Origin: Squalus acanthias
Taxonomy: Eukaryota
Direction of reading: 5' to 3'
NCBI GenBank assembly: GCA_030390025.1
Contig: JASTWF010000056.1
Location: 434,001-498,000 of the forward strand
DNA length: 64,000 bases
Part shown: positions 11,636 through 24,911 of the stretch, piece by piece
Layout of the letters: every line of letters begins with the position of its first letter
Position numbering within the stretch: the stretch's first letter is position 1
Notes under the pieces: model-generated
Told to the model about the DNA's origin: nothing
The model's input: only the letters and a program-made list of their open reading frames with translations
The model's database searches: none
Made by a program: the position numbers and the translations under genes

Positions 11636-11770
11636 AAAAGCAAAATACCACAGATGCTAGAAATCTGAAATAAAGACAGAAAATACTACAAGCACTCAGC
11701 AGGTCAGGCAGCATCTGTGGAGAAAGAATGGTTGGGTTAATGATTCAGGTTGTGGCCCTTTGTCAAAACC
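11636..11770 (-). mobile_element. Penelope-like element terminal (pseudo-LTR) fragment
   Basis: ctccacagatgctgcctgacctgctgagt...tatttcagatttctagcatctg on the minus strand. Related copies at 23497 and 31590. The Penelope assignment comes from my recall of this shark repeat, not from a search. Confidence 0.55.
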
Positions 11771-14700
11771 CATTATTAGAAACCTACTCTACCAGACAAG
11801 CTCCCTAATGTTTTAACACTAATGGTGGCCAACAGTTGACTAATTGCAGATTGTTTGAAGCACTTTGTTGTTTTAAAACCAACTAGAAGTCATTTTTTAT
11901 TTATACTTCAGAAAGTAAACTCTTTCTGTACAAATGCCTGATAGTACATAAGCACAGTTAATGAAGAGTAATGGGACAAAAAATGTTACAAAGCAATTTG
12001 AGCTGAACAGCGCAAATATTAGTGCAGGTTAGTGATTGCATTCATACTAATTTCACACAGTACTGAATAAAGGACAAAGATTTGAGCTTATATCCACATT
12101 ACATGAATGCATTAATCACAAGCTTTGTTTCAAATATATTTGTCTATGATTTAATTGTGCAAATACAGCGGAAAATATTGGGTGGAGTTATAAATATGGT
12201 GTGTGCATAAAGCATACATAAATACAGATATGCTAGTGGGGAAATGTATCTTTTCAGGATTCACCTGATGCCTAAAATGAAGATTTTTGCAAACAAAATT
12301 TATTGCAACATCAAAGGCACAATATGGATGCTATTGATCACTACATCAACAGGGATCACAGTAGACATTTTTCCATGGAGCAATCAGCCTGTCAATCTAT
12401 CCAGTGACAATGGATGACTGTTCTACAATTAAATGATGGCGAGACCCATTCCCCCTCCTAGGAGACCAACAGGGAACATGAAGACACACTGGGGGTAATT
12501 TTGACTTTGGGTTAGTGTAAAACAGACAATATCGATTTAGCTGCCCATTATACATCGCTCCTGATTTTCATTTCCATTGGTGGCCATGCCTTTAGCCACT
12601 TAGGTCCCATGCTCTGGAATTTGCTTCCTAAGCCCCTCCACCTCCCTCTCCTCCTCTATGACCCTTCTTAAAACCCAGCACTTTGACCAACCTTTTAAAT
12701 GCTGCAGCTAAACCACCTTCGCCTCCCTCCAAGCAGCAATGAGCCAATCACGAGGACTGTAAACCTGCCCTGAATATCCCATGAGGTTTCGGAAATTGCT
12801 GTGGGTTCCTGCTGGTATCACATGAGTAGGCAGAAGTCCCACTCTGCTGATAAACTACCAATCAGAGGAAATCCAGCCTGCTAGGTCACCAGAAACTGGA
12901 CAACCTTTCCACTGGATCATCAGAAATTGGATGCAATCAAGTAAGCTGGAAAATAGTTACCAATTCATCAATTTTTTAAACTAGTTACTTTTGCTTGTTT
13001 TATTTCACCTTTAGATGGTAACCACACACTCATTACTCACCATTATGACAGGAAACAGATAATCTGGTTAAGAGCTTTTAGTGTATTGAAGCTACTTGCC
13101 AACCTGAACCTGAAATGACTTCAATTAGGTGAAATGAAACTATCTGAAAATTATCCTGAAATAACTTCAGACCTCATAGGGTTTTTAATTTGGTTGCGAC
13201 GCCATAACTATTATGTATATATCTAAACTGTGAAAAAAACTAAAAAAGTAGCTGTAAAACTATAAATCTAAATGAGGGATATGCTTCAGCCAAATGTCAC
13301 CCCATACATTTCTGTTCATAATTGTTAATTAAAACAAGTTGAATTGGCATGGTGGCTGTGGGCATTGGTGTACCAATGTGTATTGCTGTGGGTTGATGGG
13401 ATACAGGCTCAATCGCTGACCATGAGGAGATCTTAATCTCAACTGAACTGTATGGAAAAGTTGTGAGGGGAAAATCAAATAGAAATTCTCCACCAGACTG
13501 TTCTTGTATACCTCTTGGCAGCTGAAAGTAGTATCTGTGCTGGTAGTAGTCGGGAAGCAGGCAGCCTGCCCTCCCTCATAACCGTAGGAGGTACATGGTT
13601 CAAGATGATAGGTGAATGTAAAAATGGAGAAAGAAAAGAGGGCTCCTGACTTCATAGGAAGAAATCTGCACTTAATTAAAATGCAACAGGCTAAGATTTA
13701 AGAATATCAAAGATATATGGAAGTCTGTGGGCCCTTTTCATCAATCTTTTGAGTATCTCCCAACCTAGGTTTAAACTATTTTACTTCAATCTTTTGTTCA
13801 TGGAATTTTTGCAAATGCGTACCATTCCACGGGGACCGTAACTTTGGTGGAAAATCTGTGGAAAACCCATAGAAACAGTGTAAACATATGGGGGTAATCT
13901 CTGACTTCTGCCCAAAATGGGCACAAAGTCAGCGGAGCGGCTGTGCCACCTGACCAAAGTTGGCAGTGGGAGCCCCGAACCATTTTTGGTTCATAGGGGT
14001 TGATGTACATTTTGGTGTAATTTCTGGGTAAGTGCAATCCAGGAAATTTATGGCCTACATATCCCAGGCCTCAGCCAATTGTGTTATTTAACTGGCTGCT
14101 AGAGAGAAGTCTGAATTTGCACTGGCACTTAAAGAATCTTTCAAACTCCTCCCCGGTTCAAATGTATATTAAACTTTGCAAGGCCCCGCACCACTGGAGG
14201 GCCAGTGCATATTGGAAATTCAGAAGGTAAGATGCTCGCAATTTTCCATCCATTGATTTCTATACATGGAAAATCGAGGACAGTGTACCTGCGATTTTCC
14301 AATATATGCTTGTACTTCCAATATGTGACTGTATGTGTGGTCTCAATAGTGAAGCGGGCCTTGCAAAACTTACCCTATGTAATTGCTATGGGAAACTTAA
14401 GTGCAGAGCATAGATTAAAAGATGAAACCCACTCTCTGTGGAATTTCGTTATGAATATTTTACTATTAATATTTAATACTTACAACATCCTTGGGTGATG
14501 CACATCCAGCTTTTCTCCCTTTCAACCTTGAAGGATGCTTGACATCTGCTTGACATCTTCCTGCTGATAAGATAGTTGGATTTTTATCCATGATCTACAA
14601 CTGTGCAATGCAGTGAGTTGGAACATCAACATGCTGTGCTACTATACTGTCACGAGTTGCCATGTATTGATAAAACATTGGAAAAACAAGCCAGGGAAAA

Positions 14701-15921
14701 ATAAAATAACAATTCAGCATGGTGTTTATATTGACCAGAGAGACAAATTATTGTATGGGTGATACCAATTAGATACAATTATATACTATATTAAATATAG
14801 GTAATTATTTTCACTAAAAATAGAAGTAGGATGAAAAACTGGAAGGAGGAAGGGAGTATAATGAGTCTTCTACTGAAAATAGACAGAAATAGCTGAAATC
14901 AACAAAAAAGTGAATTAGAAAAAGTCTGAAATAAACCCAATGGGCACTCATGGTGTGCGGAACTAAAGAATGTCCAACACTTGTCAGATTTCAAGCATGT
15001 TAACACTCCAAGGTTTCAAAAAGAAGACAGTCGGTTTTCCCATGTTGTTTCTAATGATAGAATGACTGAATTGACAATGGACAAATCTCTTGTTGTGTAG
15101 CTCAGTATTTTGCCTGAAGGTCTTGGAAATAATTTTTGTATTATTTCAGCTTGACAAAGTTTATGATATGACACAATGTCAGATCATTATGTGGGTGTTT
15201 TTTTTTTCTGTCTTTCCAGGATACAGGTAGTTAAACATCAAATATTGGTTACCATTATCTTCTCTGTGTCTAAGTACTATATATGAAGATGCATCTTTAT
15301 GACCACCCTTGGTCCTGTACAAAATGTTCCTCTACAAAACGTTAGTTAGGACTTGATAATTTGAAATTCACTTATTCTGTTAGAATCAGAGCATTCTGTT
15401 TCTCTGAAATACCAATCAGTTATTTTGTTGGATGTTCTTAGTTATAACAGAAAAATTCAACAGAACTCACGTGGAATTTGGTCAGAACCATCATGGAAAG
15501 TTTCAACTGTATTCTTTGTCTTGACCACTTTTAAACCTTTGTTAATTTGTTTCATGATCTAGCTGAAAATAAGATTTTCCCTGGTTAACTGTTATAAGTC
15601 TTTCTTATATCTTGCACCAAGGTCACCTGAAAGAAGGAGAAATAAAGTTTCCTAAGTGATGGATTGCTGTTGGCTCTATAATGGTGAGATAAGAAAGATA
15701 TTTATGCCTTGTCTATCTTCCATAGTGCAGGGGGTCAAGTGTACAAGCAAGAGAGACAGGATGACTGGAGAAAGAAATGAAGCCAGTAGTAGTAATCAAT
15801 TACATTAGACATAAGCCTGGGGTAGCTTTGTACAATTACAGTTAGCAATATATGTTTGACTATAAAAACCAGGAGTAGTCAAAGAAGATTTTACGTCTGA
15901 TTTTAGATGGTATGTACCAAC

Positions 15922-15951
15922 ATATATATATATATACACATATATATATAT
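15922..15951. repeat. (TA)n microsatellite
   Basis: atatatatatatatacacatatatatatat. Confidence 0.9.
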
Positions 15952-16742
15952 CACTACTTTCTGTTCTTAAATTCTGGGAAACTCTTTCACCTGCATAGAA
16001 GAGTAGAGCCTAATAACACAAACATCTCTTATAAGTTTCTTAGCTTCCTGTAAGCAAAGAGTTTTAAAGGGGAACACTTTTTCTAGCTACTGTCTTATCA
16101 CTTCTAATGAAAGAAGTCTGCCAACATATAAAGGTATATTATGCAGCAAATCTGAGCAATGATCTGATTCGGAACTCAAGTGGTATGTAATACTGTAGAA
16201 ACAGAAGGTACAATTTATGGTGTCAAGTGATACTCAGTTTGAAATTATCCTAAAGGCACGCATGTGTATTAATGTGTGACAGTTCAGATAATTTGTGGAT
16301 TAGGGCAGCAAGTAAAGTGCAAAGTTGGGCAGCAGCCTGAGCAGACTCGTACAGAGGGTTTAAGCCAGAAATGCCTCCATATTATATTCAGCGCTTCTTT
16401 TATTTGTGAAATGATCATAAGTGAGCTTATTGTTTTGTATGAATTATTAGTTATAATAATGACTTTTTCAAAAAAGAATGCATTTAATTATTGGCAGAAG
16501 TAACCAGAATTCCACCCATTCAGATAAACTAGCAAAATACCCACATTTGGTCCAATTCAGATACTCAGGTTATGTAAGAAGCATCTTATTTTAAATTGCC
16601 CACTACAAAGTGATGGGTGGCAAGTAAGGTACCATATATGACTAGAACCAGGGAAATGTTTAAAAAATGTCATGACATTGTGTAGTAGTCACGTTAGTTG
16701 ACATCTTATTCATCTGTACGTCATATACACTGAGAACACAAG

Positions 16743-17698
16743 GGCCCAGAATTCGCGATCAGCGGCGTAGCTAAGGAGTACGCCGCCGACATCCGAACAA
16801 AATCCCCACTTACCTCGTGTGGACTCCCCTTCGAAAAGTTGCTTTCAAACGCTGCAGAGCTGTGCGCAGCATAGTGGCCCACGGATCCCAGGGGCGCACC
16901 GTTGTGTGCATGCGAACCTGAGATCACATGGGGCGGTGCTCCTTTCACTTCCTGACTCTTAGCCAATCAGGAAACAGAGGAGATTGCTGATTTGCCCACA
17001 ACTCATATTAAAAAATTTAGCAACCAGAAATGCGATTTTATTCATAAATTACGATCATTACAATAGTATTTAATACACAAACCAAGAGTATAATAAACAA
17101 ACCTACAATTACAGTGTTATAGTCCTATCGAATTCGGTTCTCCTCTATTAGACTAACTAACTTTTGATTAATTTAAATAATCTAAAATCGAGAGTTTAAA
17201 TGTCTGATAACATGAGGAAATCATGAAAGTGAATTAAATCCTATTTAAATAGAAATTGGGAATTAAACCGCAACTACAAAAGCAAAGACGGTGACACAAA
17301 AAGGCCCTGTTTTCAAACTCGAACAAATGAAAGTTTCTTTCAAAAAATCAGACACGAACCAGTGCCTCATTGTTATGGGCTGTAGCATAAACTAATATAA
17401 TTTTCTCATTCCCCCCTCCTCTTACACAGTGGAACAGGCTCTCGCGCCTGTTTGCACCAGACGTAAAAGTTTTCAGGGTAATGAAAGCGCAGTAGGCGGG
17501 TAATTAGCCCAACCTGTCGCCAACACATTGATTTGAATGGGTCAGTGAAACGTGCAGCGAAGCTGATGTGCAGTCGGAACTTGGCAGATCACAAGGTCGG
17601 GATTTAGCGCGTGCAAATCCCAAACTTGCGGTCAATTTCAAAGGCGGTATGACGGCGTACTCAGAGCACACTGTCCTACCAACCACGAATTCAGAGCC
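16743..17698. mobile_element. Non-autonomous Harbinger-type element (MITE)
   Basis: TIRs ggcccagaattcgcg / cacgaattcagagcc and 3-bp TSD AAG. Same family as 36885-37637 in the opposite orientation. Confidence 0.8.
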
Positions 17699-18456
17699 AA
17701 GAATGTGGTAATGTAACAAAGATGTTCAGCTCAGTTGGCTTGCCCTATCAATTAATTCCTTTGAGAATCATACTTGCCTTTTGCCATCTATCTCAAGCTG
17801 TGTCTTTCTATTTCCTGGTGAATAAATGTTGTTTTCCTTTCGGATGTAATTCTGCTGATTCACTATTCTACTTAGCAGTCGATTAAATACATTGATAGTT
17901 ATTTGCATCAAGGAGATGTGCCTTAAGTTAAATTTTGTGTGTAGCTTTCAATAGCCATTAAAGTAGTGGTGCAATTGGGTCTCCTACTCTGGTTCTTTAT
18001 AACCTAGCTCTCTATATCTATATTAAACCTTTATCATGTTAACTGAATGCTGATCCAGGCTCCAGACCTTACACTGTGCTATAAAGTACCAAGAGGACTT
18101 CACACCTGTTACTGGACACTCCACAGGTCTGCATCATACAAGCTGTCAATGGGGTGGAAATTCCTTTAGGCCTGTTTTCAAGTCTGAAATGGGTGCCACA
18201 CATGGAGGGAATGCCTCAACTGGGAGGCCCAAGGCCGGTCCAAAATTGGGCCTCGGACCTCATCAACATTATTTGGGTGAGCTGGCAGCACCTATCACGC
18301 CTCCACAGGCAGCTCACCCATTTTAAAAGGATGAATATTAGGCTGCGTGCCTCACCGATAGCAGCCCAAAATAAATCCTGGGGGAGGAGGAGAATCCGGC
18401 AGTAGCCTCAGGAGTGCTGCAGAGCCGGCAGGAGTACGCCTGCTCCTCCTGATAGT

Positions 18457-18902
18457 GTCAGCTGTGGCTCAATTGGTAGCACTCTCGCCTCAGAGTCTGA
18501 GTCTGGGTTCAGGTCTCGCTCCAGAGACTTGAGCACAAAAGTCTAGGCTGACGCTCCAGTGCAGTGCTGAGGGAGGTGCCGTCTTTCGGATGGGATGTTA
18601 AACCGAGGCCCCATCTTCTCTCTCAGGTGGATGTAAAAGATCCTACGGCATCGAAGAAGAGCAGGGGAGTTATCCCTGGTGTCCTGGCCAATATTTATCC
18701 CTCAATCAACATCACTAAAACAGGTTATCTGGTCATTATCACATTGCTGTTTGTGGGAGCTTGCTGTGCGCAAATTGGCTGCTGCATTTCCTACATTACA
18801 ACAGTGACTACACTTCAAAAACTACTTCCTTTTCTGTAAAGTGCTTTGGGACATCCGGTGGTTGTGAAAGGTGCTATATAAATGCAAGTCTTTCTTTTTT
18901 TC
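18457..18902 (+). mobile_element. Full-length Deu-domain SINE (SacSINE1/AmnSINE1-like)
   Basis: tRNA head, Deu-domain-like core (ggtgccgtctttcggatgggatgttaaaccgaggcccc...gtcctggccaatatttatccctcaa) and L2-like tail gtgctatataaatgcaag. Appears nested in a MITE at about 18151-19080. Confidence 0.88.
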
Positions 18903-19346
18903 TTGCTCCAAAGCAAACCTAAAAAAAATTGACCTACCTTTATGGTGGCAGCAGCTTGCTAGCCGCATCCACACCTGGAAAACCTGCAGGCCTGATGCAT
19001 GCTCTGCGCAGGGTAGCCCAATTTCCTGAGGGGTTCTCAAACAGGCGTTAGACCCCTCATTATCATATGCAAGGGACTTGATGCCTTTTTAGAGTATTTT
19101 AGAGAAATTTAAGTGTTCAAGCAATGAATTCTTCCAAAGGTTAATGCTTCACCCTTTGTTATTTCTGTAAATAGAACTAATGTTCTGAATTTTAGAACAA
19201 AATAGCTTTCCAATTTATTACATTCTTTGAACAACATTTACTTATTTATGTCTTCGTTAATGATTACAGCTTCTCCATGTCTTGAATGATCAGCATTTCA
19301 TTCGAGCCAAGTTATAGCTATGCCTATATTTAAAACTTGAGATGAT

Positions 19347-20110
19347 GGGCTGAATCTTAACTCCCAAAAACAGGTGGGCTGGGGTTTGTGCCAGAGGTTA
19401 AAATGCAAAAAATCTGGAACAGGAACCAAACCCGCCCACTTGCTGGAAGCAGGTTGGACATTTAAATATTATAATGAGGCTGCGTACCTTCATTTTAACA
19501 GTGATTCTATTTTTAACCACAGGCGGCCGGTTTTCCCGGGCCTCGGGAAACTTGGCAGCTGAAAGCAGTCAAGAAGGGTTGAATCCATGAGGTAAGTGAC
19601 TTTACAGCACTGATTGTAGCCAAGAGGAGCAGGAATGATTCCTCCAAGCCCAACAAGCTACCTAGTAAACGCCCCCCCACCATCTGTCTGCTTCCCCCCA
19701 CCATTGGACCCCCTGAACACCATCGGGCCCCCCTCGCAATAAGGACCCTCCAGACCACCATTGGACCCTCTCTCCTGTAATTGGGACCACCATCGGACCA
19801 CCCCTGCAACGGGAACCCTCCCACGATCCGGACCCCCCGCAATCCAAACCCCCACCCCCCGATCTCTCTCACTCCCCCAATACACCTACTTGCTCTCATA
19901 AGCTTCAGCCTTGTGAAGCAGGGTTCCTGCCCGAGAGGCCTCCAGCATGTCAATCAGGCTGACTGTGGGCGGGGACCACACTTAAAGGAGCCCAGCAGTT
20001 AAATTCTGCAGGACATTCAGGAAACCTGTTCTTTCGGGTTTTCCGACCTCACAACAGCAGCGCCCCCACCACCCCCACACAGAATTCGCCTCCAGGCTAT
20101 AATCCAGGCT
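19347..20110. mobile_element. Harbinger-type MITE
   Basis: TIR-like ends gggctgaatctt / ataatccaggct. GC-rich ends and a C-rich core. Confidence 0.55.
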
Positions 20111-22001
20111 GATATGTATGATTTGTGGAATACTCATATGGAGCAGACCTAATGGAGAAGCTAGTTATGAGTCCATGTTATATAAAGCCAAAGCTATATT
20201 AATTGCTTGACTTTATTAATGAAGAAAAATGACACGTACTACAGTTGAAATATATTTAGACTATGAACTTGTTGTACCTTGGACTAACTGACATGAAAGA
20301 AAAGCCTGAGTGCCAGCTTTTAATCCGTTTTGCACAATGCTCCACAGGGCACTTTGATAATGTGAAGAAAATGCACCCACAGAATGTATAAATGTATGCA
20401 AATATAAATGCTTGTTCTGCTTATGAATTCTTTGCTGAAAGTGCTATCTACTGCTGCAGTTATAAGGTAACAAACATTAATTTCAATGATGTGGCTTTGG
20501 GCTATGGGGAAAGAGGGTGTTGTTAATGCAGCATGATAAAGGTGAATTCAGCTTAGTCTGAATATGTAACAGATAAAACCTTTAACAATCTGTGCTTAGC
20601 AAAGACTAATATTTACAAACCAAAAATGAAACTGGCACAAAATTCTAAAATTCATTATCTCATATTCTTTTCTATGACAATGATTTTTGAATTTTCATTC
20701 AGAAGGATTTTTTTTTTTAATTGCTGTATATGTAATTCATAATGTAGCATATGTTCTATAGGTTACAAAACCAGAAACCGATTCAACTTTAAAGAATTTG
20801 CTTCTTAGTCAATTATATTCTGTCTTCTTTTAAAGATTCTCCCCATTAAAGGTCAAAAGAAACATGAGTGATAAATTACTTTGTAAACCGAATTCTGGAA
20901 AAAACTGAGGCCTGGAGTCAAAGGATCTGCAGAGAGCGGACATGATAAAGTGATTCCTTGGATCTCAGCCTAGTGGAATTTCATGCCTTACTTATTTCAC
21001 AGCAATCTGCTGAATGACATCCAGACATTACTTGAAGTTGAAACAGCCTCCCAGGAGAATAAAACCCTTGTACACCTGAAAGTGCCACACAAAGCATGCA
21101 CAGATGAAATTGACTTTACACTGGAATTTATAGATTATTAGACTTACTGTATTTTTTTTGTAGTAGTACAGCTGCAATCAGTTATAAGCAGGTGGTAGTC
21201 TTTGATAACAGAATAGACTAGCACAGTAGTGCTATGAAGAAATGGAATCGATTAAAAGTGCTCAGCAAAACATTTTTCTGTAATAGATGGCAAAAAAATA
21301 CAATGGCATGTTAAAACGTTAATCTTTTGTTCATATTAAATGACTAATCTGAATTACTCTGCATTAATTACTTACATGGAAAGAAAAAGTTTCTTGCATG
21401 TTTGCTTTTTCTTTATTGTTGCATGTACTTTTATCATTAACTTGTATAGCTTCCGAGCTATAGTTTTCTATATTTCTTTTCAAGGTGATGCAGTGATGAT
21501 TTAGTTAACCAAGCATTACCTATTTGCACAGGCACACGGCATTTCTTATTGTTTGCGAAGTGCTCTGAACTGAACATTATGGTATCCTGCACACCACAGA
21601 TTATAACAGAAATCATAATCTGCATTTATTTAATCTGGCGCCATGGTAACAGTGAAGTGGAAGGCTCCTGAGACATGCATTCAGTACACTATTCTCCTGC
21701 TGGGATTTGTGACAGTGGAGAACACCAATGGAGGACTTAAAGGATAGAAGCATTTGTTAAATAACAGATAAGACATAGTGCACTGACCAGTATAAAATGC
21801 GTTGGCTGTCCTAACTCTAATCATCATTAATCCACATATCTTGTGGCACAAATTGTAAATAATCGCAAGGTAAATTTGAAGGAGAAACTGTAAAAGGCAG
21901 AATAATGGGGGAAGATTTCCTCTATTCTCGATTTGTAGTGAGATCATAAATGTGTGCTTTATGTTCATGTTTACGATTTTATTACAAATAACAAACAGAG
22001 G

Positions 22002-24117
22002 GGCCTAGAAATTCAACATCCCTGGGCCGGTGTTAACGGCTGCCGAAATTGTTGATGCTGGCAAGACCGGGAAATTGGTGCTGCTTGATAATTAACATTA
22101 GCCCAGTGTGAAACTTACCATGCAACGTCATTCTGGTGGCGTTCGTCCTGGCAAGAGGCCCCAATGTAGCGTGGCCATGGTGTCATTGCAGCAAGGACAG
22201 CCTTCTCTTAAAGCAAGGATGTCATTTCAGAAAGCAGTTCAGTCTCTTAAAGGGGAACTGCCTTCTTAATTGAAAAAAAATCATGTAAAAATAGACAGTT
22301 TTTAGCCCTTACAGCTCAACTGCCTCCTGAAAAAATTAACATTAAAAAGAATTCCCAAATGGGAGTCTTCAGCTCTTAAAGCCTTCCGCACCTAAAAAAT
22401 GCTAAAAGTGCTTCAGCACTAACACAAATGGTTCATCAAGCCAAGGAAGGGGCACCCAGCTTTGTGTAAGAGAGGTCTTCTACCCACAGGGGTCAGGAGG
22501 CCCTCCATAAAGCAGGATGTGGGACAAGACCACTGAGGCCATCACTGCCAGCAGTGTCGCCTCCACAACCTGGCTCCAGTGCCCAAAGAAGCTTCATGAC
22601 CTCAGACCAGTGGTCAAGGTCAGTGAATGCATCTTCAAAAGCCATCTCCTACCAACTAGCTTCACACACTTCTCAATGCATGACTTCCCCCCGCAATCAC
22701 TCACCTACCAACAATCTGTACAAAACATGAGGCACACCTTCCATTCCTAGCTTCACCTCACCCCTTGGAGGAGATGGCACTGGCCATTCTTGGCAGGGGC
22801 ATGGCTGAGCCCTTGGCCAGCGGCGGGGCTGAAAAGTTACAAGATGCTGGTATCCTCATATGTTATCCACCTTCTCGCATGCAGCTCTTGCATTCCCGCC
22901 CTCCCCTCACCACAACTCCACCCATGTGCCTTCCTCATTTCACACACCTCAGAAATCCAGCCTGCCCAGCCAATGGGTGACCAAGAAGAGGGAGAGGAGA
23001 GGGAGGAAGAAGAATAATAATAAGAAAAGAATCACTCGATTTGACAGTCGCAGCCACCAGCTCCTCAAGGTCATCTGCAGTGTCCCCCACTGAAAGTCAG
23101 CAGCCTTCCACCAGCCATGCTGCAGCCATTGGGGTAGCACTGCATGACATCAGTAGGATAGGCAAAGGCACACACAAGACAATCACTAAGGGAATGCATA
23201 AGAGTGATGAGTTGATTTCTTTATGTCATATTGGATGAATAGATGTATAAAGTTGTATTGGTTAGTTTGCTTTGTGGTGGCTTTTATTTCAGCATTGTGG
23301 CCAAGAGGATACTGTGAAGGTCAGTAACAGAGGGAAGGTAAGGTGTGGGCAAATGTTGAAAGGGGAATTGGGGTTTTGGTCACTGGTACCGCAGGCGGAT
23401 GATTCCATCCCGAATATCTCAGCCAGAAAGGGGCTGTCTGGGTTGCATCTTTCCTTCTTCTTCCTCCTCTTGTGTGTCTTACTCTTCCCTTTACGAGCGG
23501 ATGCTGTAAATCTGAAATAAAAGTAGAATATGCTGGAAATACTCAGCAGGTCAGGAAGCATCTCGACCTGAGATGTGAACTCTGTTTCTCTCTCCACAAA
23601 TGCTGCCTGACCTGCTGAGTATTTTCAGCATTTTCTGTCTTCTCAGAGGCCTTCCTTTATCATCCGAGGACTTGCAAGCGTCCAGCAGCGCTCCCTGCAC
23701 TACCTGCACACTTTAAAAACTTTTAACATGTATTGCACCAAACCACTACTTCAATAAAATAAAAAAACAGTCCAAAAGCTTAAATGCAAACTTACCTGAA
23801 AGATGTGTGTTTCCCTTTAAGAAGTGCTGACAGCGTCTGTCAGTCTGCTCATGGTCGCTTTTCAGAATGAGCTTGGGACCCAGCTCTAAGGTCGAAGTTC
23901 GCAGAGCATGACGTTAAGTCAGTGTTGCACGCCGACTGATGTCACGCTCTCCATATTTGCATTTCCAGGGCCAGCGCTGCTATCAGCAGCGCTAAGGCCC
24001 TCACCAAAATGGCGACCACCAAATCTCACGCCAGAGAAGGGCGTTAGAGTGCGGCTGCCATTTTTTGCCAGGATTGCGGTGCTAACTCGTGGTGATAAGG
24101 TAGGAAATTTGTGGGCC
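22002..24117. mobile_element. Harbinger deletion derivative with Myb/SANT exon (+) and nuclease-side remnant (-)
   Basis: TIRs ggcctagaaatt / aatttgtgggcc. 22517-22618 encodes WDKTTEAITASSVASTTWLQCPKKLHDLRPVVK followed by a gt donor. 23380-23800 is homologous to 60240-60625. Confidence 0.78.
23497..23640. mobile_element. Inverted (palindromic) Penelope-type terminal fragment nested in the Harbinger element
   Basis: Arms of about 37 bp: agaatatgctggaaatactcagcaggtcaggaagcat and atgctgcctgacctgctgagtattttcagcattttct. Absent from the sister copy at 60380-60500. Confidence 0.65.
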
Positions 24118-24911
24118 AGAAATACTCCCCATATCAGTCAGTGAAAATTAAACGGCAGCTGAAATTCCAACACTTTGCTAATTTCAGTGAAAAAGTAGAT
24201 AGGTAAAACATAGTGGTAGAAAGCACTAACAGATTCATTGTCTGTGGTTAGAACTGTGATGATCAATCCAAAAATGCATTAATGAAAAGTTAGTTAAAAA
24301 AAGCTGATTATTTTTCTCTGTTAAAGTAATTAATGAATTTGTGCAGCGACGCAGTTAAATCAGAAAGGGATTATTTTACTCCAGGTCAGACCTGGAGTTG
24401 GTGAACATAACGAATGGGAAAATTTTGCTGTATCATCTTATGTAGAGGCCTAGAAGCAGGTCACAGATTCACTTGCTTGGCCAGAAGTAAGATTTAGTGC
24501 ACACTCTAGGGAGGTGAGGACAAAAATAAAACCCAAGTAACAAAAAATTATGTTCACATGAATTAGAAAATTCCTGCCTACTCTATGCTAATGTAGCAGC
24601 TATTGGCCAGCAGTAGAGGATTAAACATTTCTGAAAGGTGACGCTAATGCTGAATACGCAAAACCTATTTTGCTGACATATCTGTCACCACAAGTAACTC
24701 ATCGTGCAAAATACTTGGAGACATCTCAATGTAAAAGGCATTATGTAAATGCAAATGTTATTATCTTTTATAATTTCAATTTTTTTGACACTTTATTTGG
24801 TACTTTTTCTTGCATTTTGGTGTCAGTTAAGCAAAAACATTTTCTCACTAACAATTCAGCGCTTCTGCTTTTCAATTTCACAGCAACCTCTACTATTACT
24901 TTTTATTTAAT

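Noticed and set aside
13329-13655. 108-aa ORF in unique DNA
   Set aside because: No motif or exon-boundary support.
15195-15235. Strong 3' splice acceptor (polypyrimidine plus CAG) or a 7-nt microexon
   Set aside because: The downstream donor gtagtt is weak and there is no recognisable reading frame. It cannot be supported without RNA-seq.
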